This document shows positions 26,038 to 36,021 of a stretch of 64,000 bases of DNA, one piece after another (position 1 is the stretch's first letter; every line of letters begins with the position of its first letter). The notes beneath the pieces are model-generated. The model was not told the DNA's origin. It was given only the letters and a program-made list of their open reading frames with translations, and searched no databases. Origin of the DNA: a virus (taxonomy: Duplodnaviria > Caudoviricetes); the IMG/VR virus record IMGVR_UViG_3300013232_000197, positions 17,008 through 81,007 of that record; one strand, given 5' to 3'. A program made the translations under genes and the position numbers.

Positions 26038-26604
26038 ATGATTAAATATCTCCATCTTGACTGTGAAATGGGCGGTAGAGACTTGAAGTACTCCTTGCTT
26101 ACTGCCGCTTTCATTGTTACTGATGACCAGTTCAAAGTCCTTGGGTCAGTGTACCTCAAAGTAAAGCCAGATGATGGAGATTACATTGTCAGCGGGCAAG
26201 GCATGTTGGTTAACAAGATCAACTTGCAAGAACACGATAGGGTTGCTTTGCCATATAAACAAGCCAAGCCTCTGCTGTACGATTTTCTAAAGGCGCATGG
26301 TGCTGGTTGCCGACTGACTCCTGTAGGTCATGGTGTGAAGGGAGATATTCAGCATATCTTAGACAAACTGATCTCTGAAGGTTCGTGGGAGCAGTTTTGT
26401 ACCTATCACTACATTGACACCAGTGTTGTCTTGCAATTTCTCCGTGCTTGTGGTAAGATGCCTCAAGATACCGATGGAAGCGTTCAGGCGTTGGCAAAAT
26501 ATTTTGGATGTAACATTCTGCCAGAGAAGTTGCACGATGCGTTGTATGATGCGGAATTGACATCTCTGGTGTACAAACACATGGTAAACCTCGGAAAGCA
26601 ATAA
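26038..26604 (+). CDS. DEDDh 3'-5' exonuclease
   Basis: LDCEMGG, HGVKGD, DT, HDALYDA; promoter TTGACA-16-TATAAT at 26000-26027. Confidence 0.82.
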   Translation: MIKYLHLDCEMGGRDLKYSLLTAAFIVTDDQFKVLGSVYLKVKPDDGDYIVSGQGMLVNKINLQEHDRVALPYKQAKPLLYDFLKAHGAGCRLTPVGHGVKGDIQHILDKLISEGSWEQFCTYHYIDTSVVLQFLRACGKMPQDTDGSVQALAKYFGCNILPEKLHDALYDAELTSLVYKHMVNLGKQ

Positions 26605-26608
26605 GAAT

Positions 26609-26803
26609 ATGAAAGACATCCTCGGAATCTTAGCAGTTTTGTGTATTGTCGTTGCTGTAGCCATCGGCGGATGGAAGCTTGAGCGGTATATCAATTATAA
26701 GTGGGAATATGGGCCGCTTATCCAAGCAGAAATCAAACCATTGACTGAGCGCATCCAAAAACTGGAAGCCGAAGTGCAAGTTTTGAAAACGAACAAGTTT
26801 TAA
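26609..26803 (+). CDS. small membrane-anchored protein
   Basis: N-terminal hydrophobic helix. Confidence 0.6.
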   Translation: MKDILGILAVLCIVVAVAIGGWKLERYINYKWEYGPLIQAEIKPLTERIQKLEAEVQVLKTNKF

Positions 26804-26807
26804 GAAT

Positions 26808-27479
26808 ATGTTATTGAATATCAGAGAATCCGAAGAACAGAAAATCTATGTTAGCTCAGATTTCCATCTGGGACACCAGAGGGATTTTGTATGGCAAGCT
26901 CGTGGATTCACCGATGTTCAGTCGCACGATACGGGAGTTATTGATTCTGTCAATGCTCTTGTGCGCCCGAATGACATTCTGTTGTTCCTCGGTGATTTCT
27001 GTCTTAACACCACATTGGAACAATTTGATGCTTATTTGGCACGATTCAATTGCCAGAACATATGGTGCATATGGGGCAATCATAACAACCCACATGAGAA
27101 GGCTATCTTTCGGAAGGCGATGCCGACTATATCAATGAATGGTCGCATGTACGATGTGGAAACATATCCCTTCAAGTACAAAAACATTGTTCACTGGGGG
27201 TACTATGCAGAAATGGTTCTCAATGGTCAATACGTCGTGTTGATGCATTATCCCATTTACATTTGGAATGAAATGGCGCATGGAGCATGGATGCTTTGTG
27301 GCCATTCTCACTATGGATGTCCATTGACCAAGGCCGATAACCTTTATGGAAAGATACTGGATGTTGGTTGGGATGGATACAAGAAACCGTTGTCGCTGAA
27401 CGAGATTGCTGCCATTATGAACAACAAGCAATTCGCAGCAGTTGATAACCATCACATAAACAAGCAGAAAGTAGCGTAA
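26808..27479 (+). CDS. calcineurin-like metallophosphoesterase
   Basis: SDFHLGH, LGDF, GNHN, MHYP, GHSH. Confidence 0.9.
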   Translation: MLLNIRESEEQKIYVSSDFHLGHQRDFVWQARGFTDVQSHDTGVIDSVNALVRPNDILLFLGDFCLNTTLEQFDAYLARFNCQNIWCIWGNHNNPHEKAIFRKAMPTISMNGRMYDVETYPFKYKNIVHWGYYAEMVLNGQYVVLMHYPIYIWNEMAHGAWMLCGHSHYGCPLTKADNLYGKILDVGWDGYKKPLSLNEIAAIMNNKQFAAVDNHHINKQKVA

Positions 27480-27483
27480 GCAT

Positions 27484-27738
27484 ATGAAAGACAAAAAATT
27501 CAGCATTCTCTGTATTTTAGGAGTTATTTGGTTGCTACTCTTCATCGCAGTTGGTGAAGGTATCCGCCCTCTCCGAAACGTATGGTTTATGGTATCTGCC
27601 ATAGGTGTTTGTTGGTTTGCCTACTGGACAATATCATTTATCCGTAGTAAACCACCAACAGAACCAACAGAACCAACTCAGGAGGAATCTCCAAGTGCCA
27701 ACGCCTCGAAAATCACCACAAATCCCCCGAAGTCGTAA
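27484..27738 (+). CDS. two-helix membrane protein
   Basis: Two hydrophobic segments and a Pro/Thr-rich tail. Confidence 0.65.
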   Translation: MKDKKFSILCILGVIWLLLFIAVGEGIRPLRNVWFMVSAIGVCWFAYWTISFIRSKPPTEPTEPTQEESPSANASKITTNPPKS

Positions 27739-27811
27739 TCTGGACAATCTAGGTTTCAACTACGGATATAGCACACAAGAAATAAGTCAACCAAAAGAAA
27801 CAAACAGCAAT

Positions 27812-28246
27812 ATGAGTAACAATCCAATCAAACTGATAGTCAGCGGTATCGTCCTTCTCGTCGCCAATGCGTTGTATGCGTGGGAAGATGCCACCTACAA
27901 TCGGGTTGGTTTCGTGGCCAAGGGAAGCAATCTGTTTACTGAACATTACTCTGGCGTTCAAGCCGACGTGCCGGATGACAGTGACCCTAGCACTAAGCTC
28001 AACACTGAGTTGATCAAGACCCTTCAGGAAGCTGATGAAATCCTTATCACTGGCGAAGCGTTGAGCCATTGTGTGGCCAATACCGTTACTGATGTCGCAA
28101 CTCAGTTTGGCCCCGATAACGTTAAGAAGTTCACTCTCCTTGAGGATACTTCGTCCAACGTGTATCAATGCGAAGCCCTCGGCAAAAACTTCGTGAAGAC
28201 GATGATGGCCAAGGGAATGCGTATCACCACAACCCGGGATTGGTAA
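27812..28246 (+). pseudogene. pncA: N-terminally truncated nicotinamidase/isochorismatase fused to a hydrophobic leader
   Basis: C-terminal half present (AKGSN..TEHYS, GEALSHCV); N-terminal D..DF and H.H/WP.HC motifs absent, replaced by MSNNPIKLIVSGIVLL. Confidence 0.65.
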
Positions 28247-28386
28247 AACAAAGTGTTTAAGCAAATGTTGAAAAGAATCGGCGATGATCCGTGTGCAATG
28301 ATAAACCTATTGGTATTGATCGCTATCATTGCAGGTTTGATTCAATACTTCCTTAACGTAAGATAACCAGCAACAAATATAAATAT

Positions 28387-29160
28387 ATGGGATTACTAGA
28401 CAAAGACCTCGAACAGCTACAGGCTGGTTCAGGATACAAGTTCAGTGCAACCAAGGTGAAAGCTTTGGGAGCACATATGTACACACTGGCCTCAATTGTC
28501 ATGGATGCAAGCGGTTCGGTTGAACCGTTTGCTACGCAACTGGAACAAGCCCTGAAGACCATCTTCAAGGCATGTGAAAAGTCGCCTCGTAGTGACAATC
28601 TGATGCTTCGCCTCACTCAGTTTAGTTCACGTCTGACTGAGTTACATGGATTCAAGTTGCTTGGGTCTATTGCTGAGAAGGATTATGATAACATTCTCCA
28701 ACTCGGAGGTAGCACGGCACTGTTTGATGCGGTGGACGAAGCCATTCAGGCAACCGCTACTTATGGTAAACAATTGACTTCGCAAGATTTCCTTTGCAAT
28801 GCCATTGTGGTAGTGGTGACTGATGGTGAGAGTAATACTGGAAACATTAACAGTGGCGACATTTCTGTTGACGCCGCAGTTATTAAGAAGGCCCTTCTGG
28901 CAGCACGTCGGGCCGAAAACTTGGAGAGCATTCTGCTTATCCTTGTGGGCGTTACCAATGATGACGTTAGTTTGAATACCTATCTCCAGACCGTCAAGGA
29001 CGATGGCGGATTCGATCAGTACGTCAGCATCGGCAAGGCTTCGCCCGGGCGCATTGCAAAGTTGGCAGAGTTTGTTTCCCAATCCATTTCCAGTACCTCT
29101 TCGGCGCTGGGCACGGGTGCGGCGAGCACTCCGATTAACGCTGGTCAGTTCACTTTCTAA
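28387..29160 (+). CDS. TerY-like vWA protein
   Basis: MIDAS DASGS, GGSTALFDA, VVTDGE. Confidence 0.85.
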   Translation: MGLLDKDLEQLQAGSGYKFSATKVKALGAHMYTLASIVMDASGSVEPFATQLEQALKTIFKACEKSPRSDNLMLRLTQFSSRLTELHGFKLLGSIAEKDYDNILQLGGSTALFDAVDEAIQATATYGKQLTSQDFLCNAIVVVVTDGESNTGNINSGDISVDAAVIKKALLAARRAENLESILLILVGVTNDDVSLNTYLQTVKDDGGFDQYVSIGKASPGRIAKLAEFVSQSISSTSSALGTGAASTPINAGQFTF

Positions 29161-29181
29161 GCGAACCACCAACCCTACCAA

Positions 29182-29213
29182 AAGGAGTGCTGGGCAACTG
29201 GCACTCCTTTTTT
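29182..29213 (+). terminator. intrinsic terminator
   Basis: AAGGAGTGC/GCACTCCTT stem followed by a T-tract. Confidence 0.8.
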
Positions 29214-29252
29214 CTTATTGACTTGCCCCTCGGCATTTGGTATTATGCTGAA

Positions 29253-29627
29253 ATGAAACTTGTCAAATACTTTGATATTCACGATAAAGAAGTGACCCCA
29301 GTTGTCTATACATTATTCTTTGCCCTTGTTGAAAGTAAAGGCAACGATATTGTGTATCAGCAGTACGTCGAGTCGTGGTGTCCCGAAATGGGTGAGGGTG
29401 AAGATTGTGAACCGTGGGATGATGATTGCTACCGGGGACTTGAGAAATTGTACGAGGAACACATTGGCCGTGGTTGGAACAATTGTTTCCATGATTCAGC
29501 AGCAATGAAAGCGTTCTATGAGAACCCGCCTCCTATCAAAGAAGCTATCGCTCAATGTTGGGAGTGGTTAAAGAAACAAGGTATCACAAAAGACGACGAG
29601 TTCTTTTGTGTCAAACTCTGGTGGTGA
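29253..29627 (+). CDS. hypothetical protein
   Basis: Promoter TTGACT-17-TATTAT (29218-29246) 6 nt upstream. Confidence 0.7.
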   Translation: MKLVKYFDIHDKEVTPVVYTLFFALVESKGNDIVYQQYVESWCPEMGEGEDCEPWDDDCYRGLEKLYEEHIGRGWNNCFHDSAAMKAFYENPPPIKEAIAQCWEWLKKQGITKDDEFFCVKLWW

Positions 29628-29628
29628 T

Positions 29629-30102
29629 ATGATAATAGATATTCGCAGCACACGAGATAAGGACTTGATTTCGTTTAAGTTCTTTGGCAATAGTCCCGTC
29701 ATTGGATTGACTTCGGGATGCTTCGACCTATTTCATCCCCTCCATCTGACTTACTTACAGAAATGCAAACGTCTATGTGATGTACTGATTGTAGGTGTGG
29801 ATGCTGACGATTTTGTCCGAAAGAATAAAGGTTCGGGCCGACCCATCATATCAGAGCACCAACGAGTAATGATTGTGAATGCGTTGGAATGTGTGGACAT
29901 AACTTTCATTATGGGAAGTCTCCATGATTGGGAAATTGCTTGTGGCACATTTCATCCTACCGTACTATTCAAGAATTCTGATTTCAAGCCAGACGCAGTT
30001 ATCAATCCTTACGGGACCGAAGTTATCATTGTCCCCGACGTAATGCAGTTCGAATCCACGTCACAGATCATTCAAGCAATCACAAAGACAAATGAACACT
30101 AA
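29629..30102 (+). CDS. cytidylyltransferase-like (HIGH superfamily) nucleotidyltransferase
   Basis: GCFDLFHPLH, LIVGVDAD, KGSGRPII, STSQII (RfaE/TagD-like pattern). Confidence 0.85.
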   Translation: MIIDIRSTRDKDLISFKFFGNSPVIGLTSGCFDLFHPLHLTYLQKCKRLCDVLIVGVDADDFVRKNKGSGRPIISEHQRVMIVNALECVDITFIMGSLHDWEIACGTFHPTVLFKNSDFKPDAVINPYGTEVIIVPDVMQFESTSQIIQAITKTNEH

Positions 30103-30886
30103 TAGCACATTTCAGATAGGTAAGGACCACACCGTTTGTGAAGATTATGCTCTTTCGGGTGAAATTGCAGGCATGGCCTATATCATAGTATCTGATGGAT
30201 GTTCTGCATCCTCTGACGTTGACTTTGGTGCCCGTTGTTTGGCAATGTCTGCCAAGAGAACATTGCGGCTTCATGTAATGAATGACGGTATCATTTCTCC
30301 CGAGCGATTCGGGCATTTGAGTATCAGTAATGCGGAGAAGGTCCGTGAGGTCTTTCCGTATCTCAATTCTCAATTCCTTGATGCAACTTTGCTCGTGGCG
30401 TGGGTAAGAGATGGGAAAATGAAAGCATATCTATATGGAGATGGATTGTTGGTTCATAAAACCAAAGATGGGTGCCATGTTACCCACATTCATTTGACAA
30501 GTGGTGCTCCCGACTATCTATCTTATCACCTTGATCCATTGAGACGCCAGGCTTACGAAAATATTGAAGGCAATAGGAAAGAAATCACTTGTGAATCTCT
30601 CACTGAACAAGGTATGATTACCACGGGCACACCACTTGAACCTCTAACTCTTACTGCCGATGTTCAAGCGGGTGATGTCATTGCTGTCATTTCTGACGGT
30701 ATCAATAGCTTTAGGAAAGCAGACAATGAACCTATTGATTGGCGTGACCTTGTGGACGAGTTTACGGGGTACAAGACAACCGAGGGCGAGTTTGTATTGC
30801 GAAGGATTGCGGCATTCAAAAGAAAGTGTCTGAAAGAGGGCATCACGCATTCCGATGACATAAGTATTGCGAGCATAGTGGTATGA
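30092..30886 (+). CDS. PP2C-family phosphatase (TerY-P/YegK-like)
   Basis: G.DH..CEDY, VSDGCSAS, ATLL, GDG, SDG, SDD. Confidence 0.85.
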   Translation: MNTNSTFQIGKDHTVCEDYALSGEIAGMAYIIVSDGCSASSDVDFGARCLAMSAKRTLRLHVMNDGIISPERFGHLSISNAEKVREVFPYLNSQFLDATLLVAWVRDGKMKAYLYGDGLLVHKTKDGCHVTHIHLTSGAPDYLSYHLDPLRRQAYENIEGNRKEITCESLTEQGMITTGTPLEPLTLTADVQAGDVIAVISDGINSFRKADNEPIDWRDLVDEFTGYKTTEGEFVLRRIAAFKRKCLKEGITHSDDISIASIVV

Positions 30887-31581
30887 AAAAACAACTCAAT
30901 AAACTCGTGGGTGAATTTGTTTCGGTTCACAATATAAACAACATGAACTATGTTTTTATAGTCCACGGCTGGTTAAAGAAAGAAGGCAACTCATTTGTAG
31001 TCAGAGAAGGCAGTGGATATGTTTCTTTTAATGAGTGTAAACATATTAGAACCCTTGAAGGTAGTGTGATACCCCAAATATGGATATGAAACTAGTATTC
31101 ACAGAAAAGTTACCGACTGAAGTAGGGTTCTATTGGTGGACTGACTTCGGCGAGCATACCCCGACTATCCTTGAAGTCACTAAGGATTATGGTACTGGTA
31201 AGTTGTGTGCATCCAATGAAGAGTTTGCCTTTGAAATCAAACAACCAAGTCCTCAACAAGAGTTGGGGTTGCAAGAAGAAGTTGACCCCGATGAATTTCG
31301 GGAAGGAAAATATAGATATGGTGACATGTTGTGGTGTCGCATTCCCAATCCATTTCTTCCCGGTGGAAAGAAACAAGTAGAACCTGATTGCTATTGATAT
31401 GAAATGTTACCTTCTCAAGTTGAAAATATTTCCGTGGAGTGAAATAGAAGAACGAGAGTGTGATACTTTCTCCGAGGCAGAAAATATAGTAATGGCCCAT
31501 GCACCAGTTGTATTTTATCATCTCTATCGTGACGGAAAACTTATAAGTCGTGGCGATGGTACAGCTTTCAATAGATCATGA
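30883..31581 (+). other. three small hypothetical ORFs (30883..31089, 31080..31397, 31399..31581) between PP2C and kinase
   Basis: Overlap-coupled ORFs. Confidence 0.55.
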
Positions 31582-33299
31582 ATCAAAAAATACGAATAGG
31601 TTCGGGTGGGTTAGTCACCATCACAGATAAGCACTACAAGGCTGCGGGTGGTGAAGCCGCCATTTATGTCCACGGTACCAAAGCATTCAAGCTGTATCAC
31701 GATCCTGCCCACAAGATGCTTCCTTCTAAAAAGATGCAGGAGTTGGCTACCATTGGAAACAGTCAAGTAGTCATTCCTCAAGAAATCATCTATGATGCCT
31801 CTACAGGCAATCCATTGGGATATACTACTACTTTCATCGACGATGTTGACCCTCTCTTGAAGTTGTTTACTCGTACCTTCAAAGACAACAACAATATCAG
31901 TTTCAGGATGATTAATGAGTTAGTCAAGGCAATGCAGCTTGTAGTTGCTGATGTCCACAAGGCTAAATGTCTTATCGTAGATTTGAATGAGTTGAATATC
32001 TTGGCTAAGGTTAACCCAACTGCTATTGTTCCGTGGTTCATTGATACGGATAGTTATTCTACACCGTCCTACAAGGCAACTGCCATTATGGACTCGGTGA
32101 GAGATAGGCGTGTATCCGTGGTGGATACAAAAGGTGTTCTTCACTACAACCCAGACGAGTTTTCCGATTGGTATTCGTGGGCTATTCTTGCATTTCAGCT
32201 TTATACCAACATTCATCCCTATCGTGGCAGTCATCCCAACTATCGCCCGAAGGATAAACAGAAACAAATGGATGATGGCGTCAGCGTATTTCATCCTTGT
32301 GTGCGTACTCCACCAAGCGTCAATGACTTCAAGGTTATTCCGTCTCGCCACTTGGATTGGTTCAAGCGGGTGTTTCTAAAGGGCGAACGTGGAGTACCAC
32401 CACTGGCAGATAGCAGCGTGCCTTTACTCGTGCCGACTCAAATGGTAACAATCACGGGCACTGATAAGATTGGTGTGGTTGAAATCTCATCCTATGCCGA
32501 TGCAGTAACGTCGGTGTATCAGTTTATGGGTATCTATTACGTTACGACCAAAACCCATATCTATGCCAACAAGAAAGAAGTCGGAACGTACAAGGCAAAG
32601 AAAGCATTACTCTGCTGTGCTAACGACGGAACGTTGGTAGTAGCTACTCAGTCTGGTAATACTATTACTTTCGCCGAACCAGCCAGCACAACTCCAGTTG
32701 GTACCATTAAGAGCGATGACATGTTTGCTCGCAATGGTTGTATCTACACCGTAGCCAATGGTAAAATGGTAGAAAACTCGTTCACTTCATTTGGAAATAG
32801 ACTAATTCATAACATTGTTGAAGTGGAAAATGTGTTGGTTTCCTCGGCAATGATATGTGATGGATGTATCATTCAAGATTTGCTTGGAAAGAAATACCTT
32901 ACGTTGCCCTACAAGAAGGGAAGTTCCTTCTCCAAGTATATTCCTCAAATGGATGGGTTTCGTATCATTTCCGCCAAGTCGGATAAAACGGTAACAGTGG
33001 TACTGGCTGAAAAGGCTGGTATCTATCATCGGTTTGTTATCATCTTTGACAAAAAGTATTCAGATCTAAAAATCAGAGAAACCAAAGATGTGGCCTACGA
33101 TGAAATCAACGTTGCGGTAATGGATAATGGTCTTTGTGTCCTTTTAGCCAGCGACACCGAGCTTGAGCTATTCGCTACTGCCGATCAATGTGAAGTGTTG
33201 AATAACCCTCCCTTTGACGCCACAATGAAACTGTTCACCACGCCCGATGGGATATTCTTTATCAATGGAAACAGCATCCACCAAATCAAACGAAAGTAA
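31578..33299 (+). CDS. YegI-like Ser/Thr kinase with a beta-rich C-terminal region
   Basis: GGEAAIY, KLYH, DLNELNIL, IDTDSY, SDWYSWAIL, HPYRG. Confidence 0.85.
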   Translation: MNQKIRIGSGGLVTITDKHYKAAGGEAAIYVHGTKAFKLYHDPAHKMLPSKKMQELATIGNSQVVIPQEIIYDASTGNPLGYTTTFIDDVDPLLKLFTRTFKDNNNISFRMINELVKAMQLVVADVHKAKCLIVDLNELNILAKVNPTAIVPWFIDTDSYSTPSYKATAIMDSVRDRRVSVVDTKGVLHYNPDEFSDWYSWAILAFQLYTNIHPYRGSHPNYRPKDKQKQMDDGVSVFHPCVRTPPSVNDFKVIPSRHLDWFKRVFLKGERGVPPLADSSVPLLVPTQMVTITGTDKIGVVEISSYADAVTSVYQFMGIYYVTTKTHIYANKKEVGTYKAKKALLCCANDGTLVVATQSGNTITFAEPASTTPVGTIKSDDMFARNGCIYTVANGKMVENSFTSFGNRLIHNIVEVENVLVSSAMICDGCIIQDLLGKKYLTLPYKKGSSFSKYIPQMDGFRIISAKSDKTVTVVLAEKAGIYHRFVIIFDKKYSDLKIRETKDVAYDEINVAVMDNGLCVLLASDTELELFATADQCEVLNNPPFDATMKLFTTPDGIFFINGNSIHQIKRK

Positions 33300-33501
33300 T
33301 ATCATCTATCCAGATGAATGCCCTCGTTGTCGTTATCATAACCTTCATATCAATGAATGGAAAGTAGATGATATACTGTGGCTAACGCTTTTATGCGAGT
33401 CATGTCATTATCAATGGCGAGAACAGGTGGATTTGTCCGCTTGACTTTGTTCGGGGGGTATGATATAGTGTGGGCATGACTCCGAGCATGTACAAATTGC
33501 A

Positions 33502-33993
33502 ATGAAATGGATAAAGAAAATCATTCACCGCCTACGGTTGCGATTTGATAAGAAGTATCGAAAAGATACCGAGCTTATTGTGGAAGCGATGTACGATATG
33601 ATGTATGTCATTGTTAATCGTCTCCCCGTTGCAGAGGCGTGTATGCTTGTTTCTATGAAACATCCTTCTGAATGGCCAGACGCTGTTTTGTTTCCCTATC
33701 CCGATAAGCGACCAAATGGCGATATTCACAGTTCATCTATTTTTGGTAATACACAACATCAGGCAATGGATAGAACCAGATCTATATCTTTAATGGATGC
33801 CCTCTTATGGACTGAACTTTGTGATAGTAAAGGTGATGTTCGTAGGGCAATAAAGAATAATGGGATTATGGTCAATCGTAAAAAGATGACAGACCCCAAC
33901 TACATCTTATCGGCGAAAGATGCCTTGCCGAATATAGATGCTATTGTATTGGAGAATGGCAAGTACAATTTTGGTATTATAGAAATGTGTTGA
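33502..33993 (+). CDS. stand-alone S4 RNA-binding domain resembling the TyrRS C-terminus
   Basis: LMDALLWTELCDSKGDVRRAIKNNGIMVN..IVLENGKYNF. Confidence 0.7.
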   Translation: MKWIKKIIHRLRLRFDKKYRKDTELIVEAMYDMMYVIVNRLPVAEACMLVSMKHPSEWPDAVLFPYPDKRPNGDIHSSSIFGNTQHQAMDRTRSISLMDALLWTELCDSKGDVRRAIKNNGIMVNRKKMTDPNYILSAKDALPNIDAIVLENGKYNFGIIEMC

Positions 33994-33994
33994 A

Positions 33995-35252
33995 ATGAGA
34001 AAGCTAAGAAGTCTATTAAGAATGCATATGGTTCACAACAAGGATGAAGATCGCTTATTTGTCATTCATTGGCTGGGTCAAGACTATTTTGCAGGATGGT
34101 ATAAACAAGGATGTAAAACGGTAAGAGCACAACGGATTCAATATCCAGCAAGCTCTCCGTTTGGGTATATTCGGTGTGGGCAAGCAAACGTGTTTGACGT
34201 ATGAATAAGAAAACTAAAGAACCGGTCTATCGTGACATTCACAAAGGGGCACGATGGCGTTTCATTTCTGAACATGAATATGCGTGGGGAACTTCGTGGC
34301 TGATGGCCCGAGTGAAAGATGGCTTCCGGGCGCATTGGCCTCCCAACAAGATGAAACTTGAAAAACCCGCTTGACTTTTTTCAGGAGTCTGGTAATATGG
34401 TGGCACAATGAAAATGTCACCTGAGATGTTTGAGAAGTATGCCGCCGACCCGATGGGGATGGACAAGGTTGTACGTAAGCATTTCAAAATCCCCGATGAC
34501 AAGTACTACAGCGTAGCTATGATGAACGATGTTGGGGCAGTTACTCTCATTACGTCCAAAAAGCCACGGGTGGAAGAACCCGTGAAAATCTCCAAATCTG
34601 ACGCACAATAATAAAGAACCCCATATGAATATACGTGAAGAAATGGACAAGCGGAAACTGTACTGTGGCAGAATGGTTTCTGGTAGCAAATGTGCTCCCG
34701 AAGGTCAACGTTGTGTATGGAATGCTAATGTCATAATCAAGTCACAGGGCAAAGTTTGGTTTGGTGATTTGAATATCACTAAGGAAGGCAAAATATTGAA
34801 AGAAGTTGCCGAAGTCATTGGTGAACCTTTATACGTCTTGAGAGAGATGGACTGTCGGTTTGAAACTGCCTTAGATGACATTGATCTGCTTATCAGCAGA
34901 GCAGTGTGGAACACTAACGAATAAAACTATGAATAATCCCGGCTATGTTAAATGTGAATGTTGGAACTGTAACACCCCAATCGAATTTAATTCCAATGCA
35001 GCCGATGAAGAAACCGGAGCACCGCTGATTGTTTGTCCCAATTGTTTCAAAGATACTCAATTATACGTACCGGACGCTCCGTTGACTGGGGCTGCCCTAG
35101 ACTTTTTAATTTCATTGAATAAACAATCCGTGCCCATCTTTATTTCACAAAGATTAAGGTGGATATGTTTATCCAATGGCATTCCAATTTTAAGTGATGA
35201 CAGTGTACACTCCATCATTCAAAAACTTTTTGATAAAACAAATATAGTTTGA
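33995..35252 (+). other. run of small hypothetical ORFs (33995..34204, 34201..34374, 34408..34611, 34625..34924, 34929..35252)
   Basis: Packed ORFs; promoter at 34371-34398 precedes 34408; the last has CxCxxC..CxxC. Confidence 0.55.
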
Positions 35253-35283
35253 TGTTTTACAAGTCGTCGTCATATTTATATGT

Positions 35284-35991
35284 ATGACCAATAAACTTCA
35301 TTCTATCTATGTTTTTAAGGACGAATTAGGAAGTGTGTTTTACGTTGGAAAAACTAGTACACCAGATAAACGTTTCAAAAGACATCTTGCCCACGTTCGT
35401 TATGGCAGCCATTATCCGGTTCATAACAAACTTCGTAAAGTTATTGCCACTAAAGGAAGTGCCAATGACATTTACGAAGTTATAGAACACAACATTCCAT
35501 ACAATAAAGCAGATGAACGTGAAATGTTTTTCATTAAACATTACAGAGGGTGTGGTTGTAAGTTGAAAAATCTAACGGAAGGTGGTGAAGGAGGAAAAGG
35601 ATTTACAGATGAAATAAATAAGCGGGGAGCACTTAAACGTACCGGATTAAAACGTACTGTGGAAACCCGAAGACGGATTAGTGAAGCAAAGCGAGGAGTA
35701 CCATTTTCAGAGTCACATAAAAAATCTCTAAAAAAAGCATGGAAAACCCGAGTACCTTTGTCGGCAGAACACTATCAAAAAATCAGCAGTTTGAATCGTG
35801 GAATTGTCAATATTAAAAACTTCGTTGTTATGTCTCCGAGTGGAATTTCTACTGTAACAACTCAAGGATTGACTGATTTTTGCCGTAAAAATGGATTAGA
35901 TGCTCGTAACCTTATTCACACCAAACCAAACGGTAAACGCAAGCATCATAAAGGATGGAGGATAATCCAAGAACTCAAACATTCCACTTGA
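35284..35991 (+). CDS. free-standing GIY-YIG homing endonuclease (NUMOD3-like repeats)
   Basis: SIYVF..FYVGKT, R..RH, E.FFI, NLTEGGEG, HKKSL; ATATTTAT upstream. Confidence 0.88.
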   Translation: MTNKLHSIYVFKDELGSVFYVGKTSTPDKRFKRHLAHVRYGSHYPVHNKLRKVIATKGSANDIYEVIEHNIPYNKADEREMFFIKHYRGCGCKLKNLTEGGEGGKGFTDEINKRGALKRTGLKRTVETRRRISEAKRGVPFSESHKKSLKKAWKTRVPLSAEHYQKISSLNRGIVNIKNFVVMSPSGISTVTTQGLTDFCRKNGLDARNLIHTKPNGKRKHHKGWRIIQELKHST

Positions 35992-36021
35992 CATTTTATA
36001 CGTCCGTGGTATGATGTAGTC

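Noticed and set aside
27655-27680. GAACCAACA tandem repeat
   Set aside because: Encodes a simple PTEPTEPT low-complexity tail
27605-27811. Upstream extension of the pncA-like ORF
   Set aside because: It overlaps the membrane gene 27484..27738, uses a non-ATG start, and has no nicotinamidase motifs
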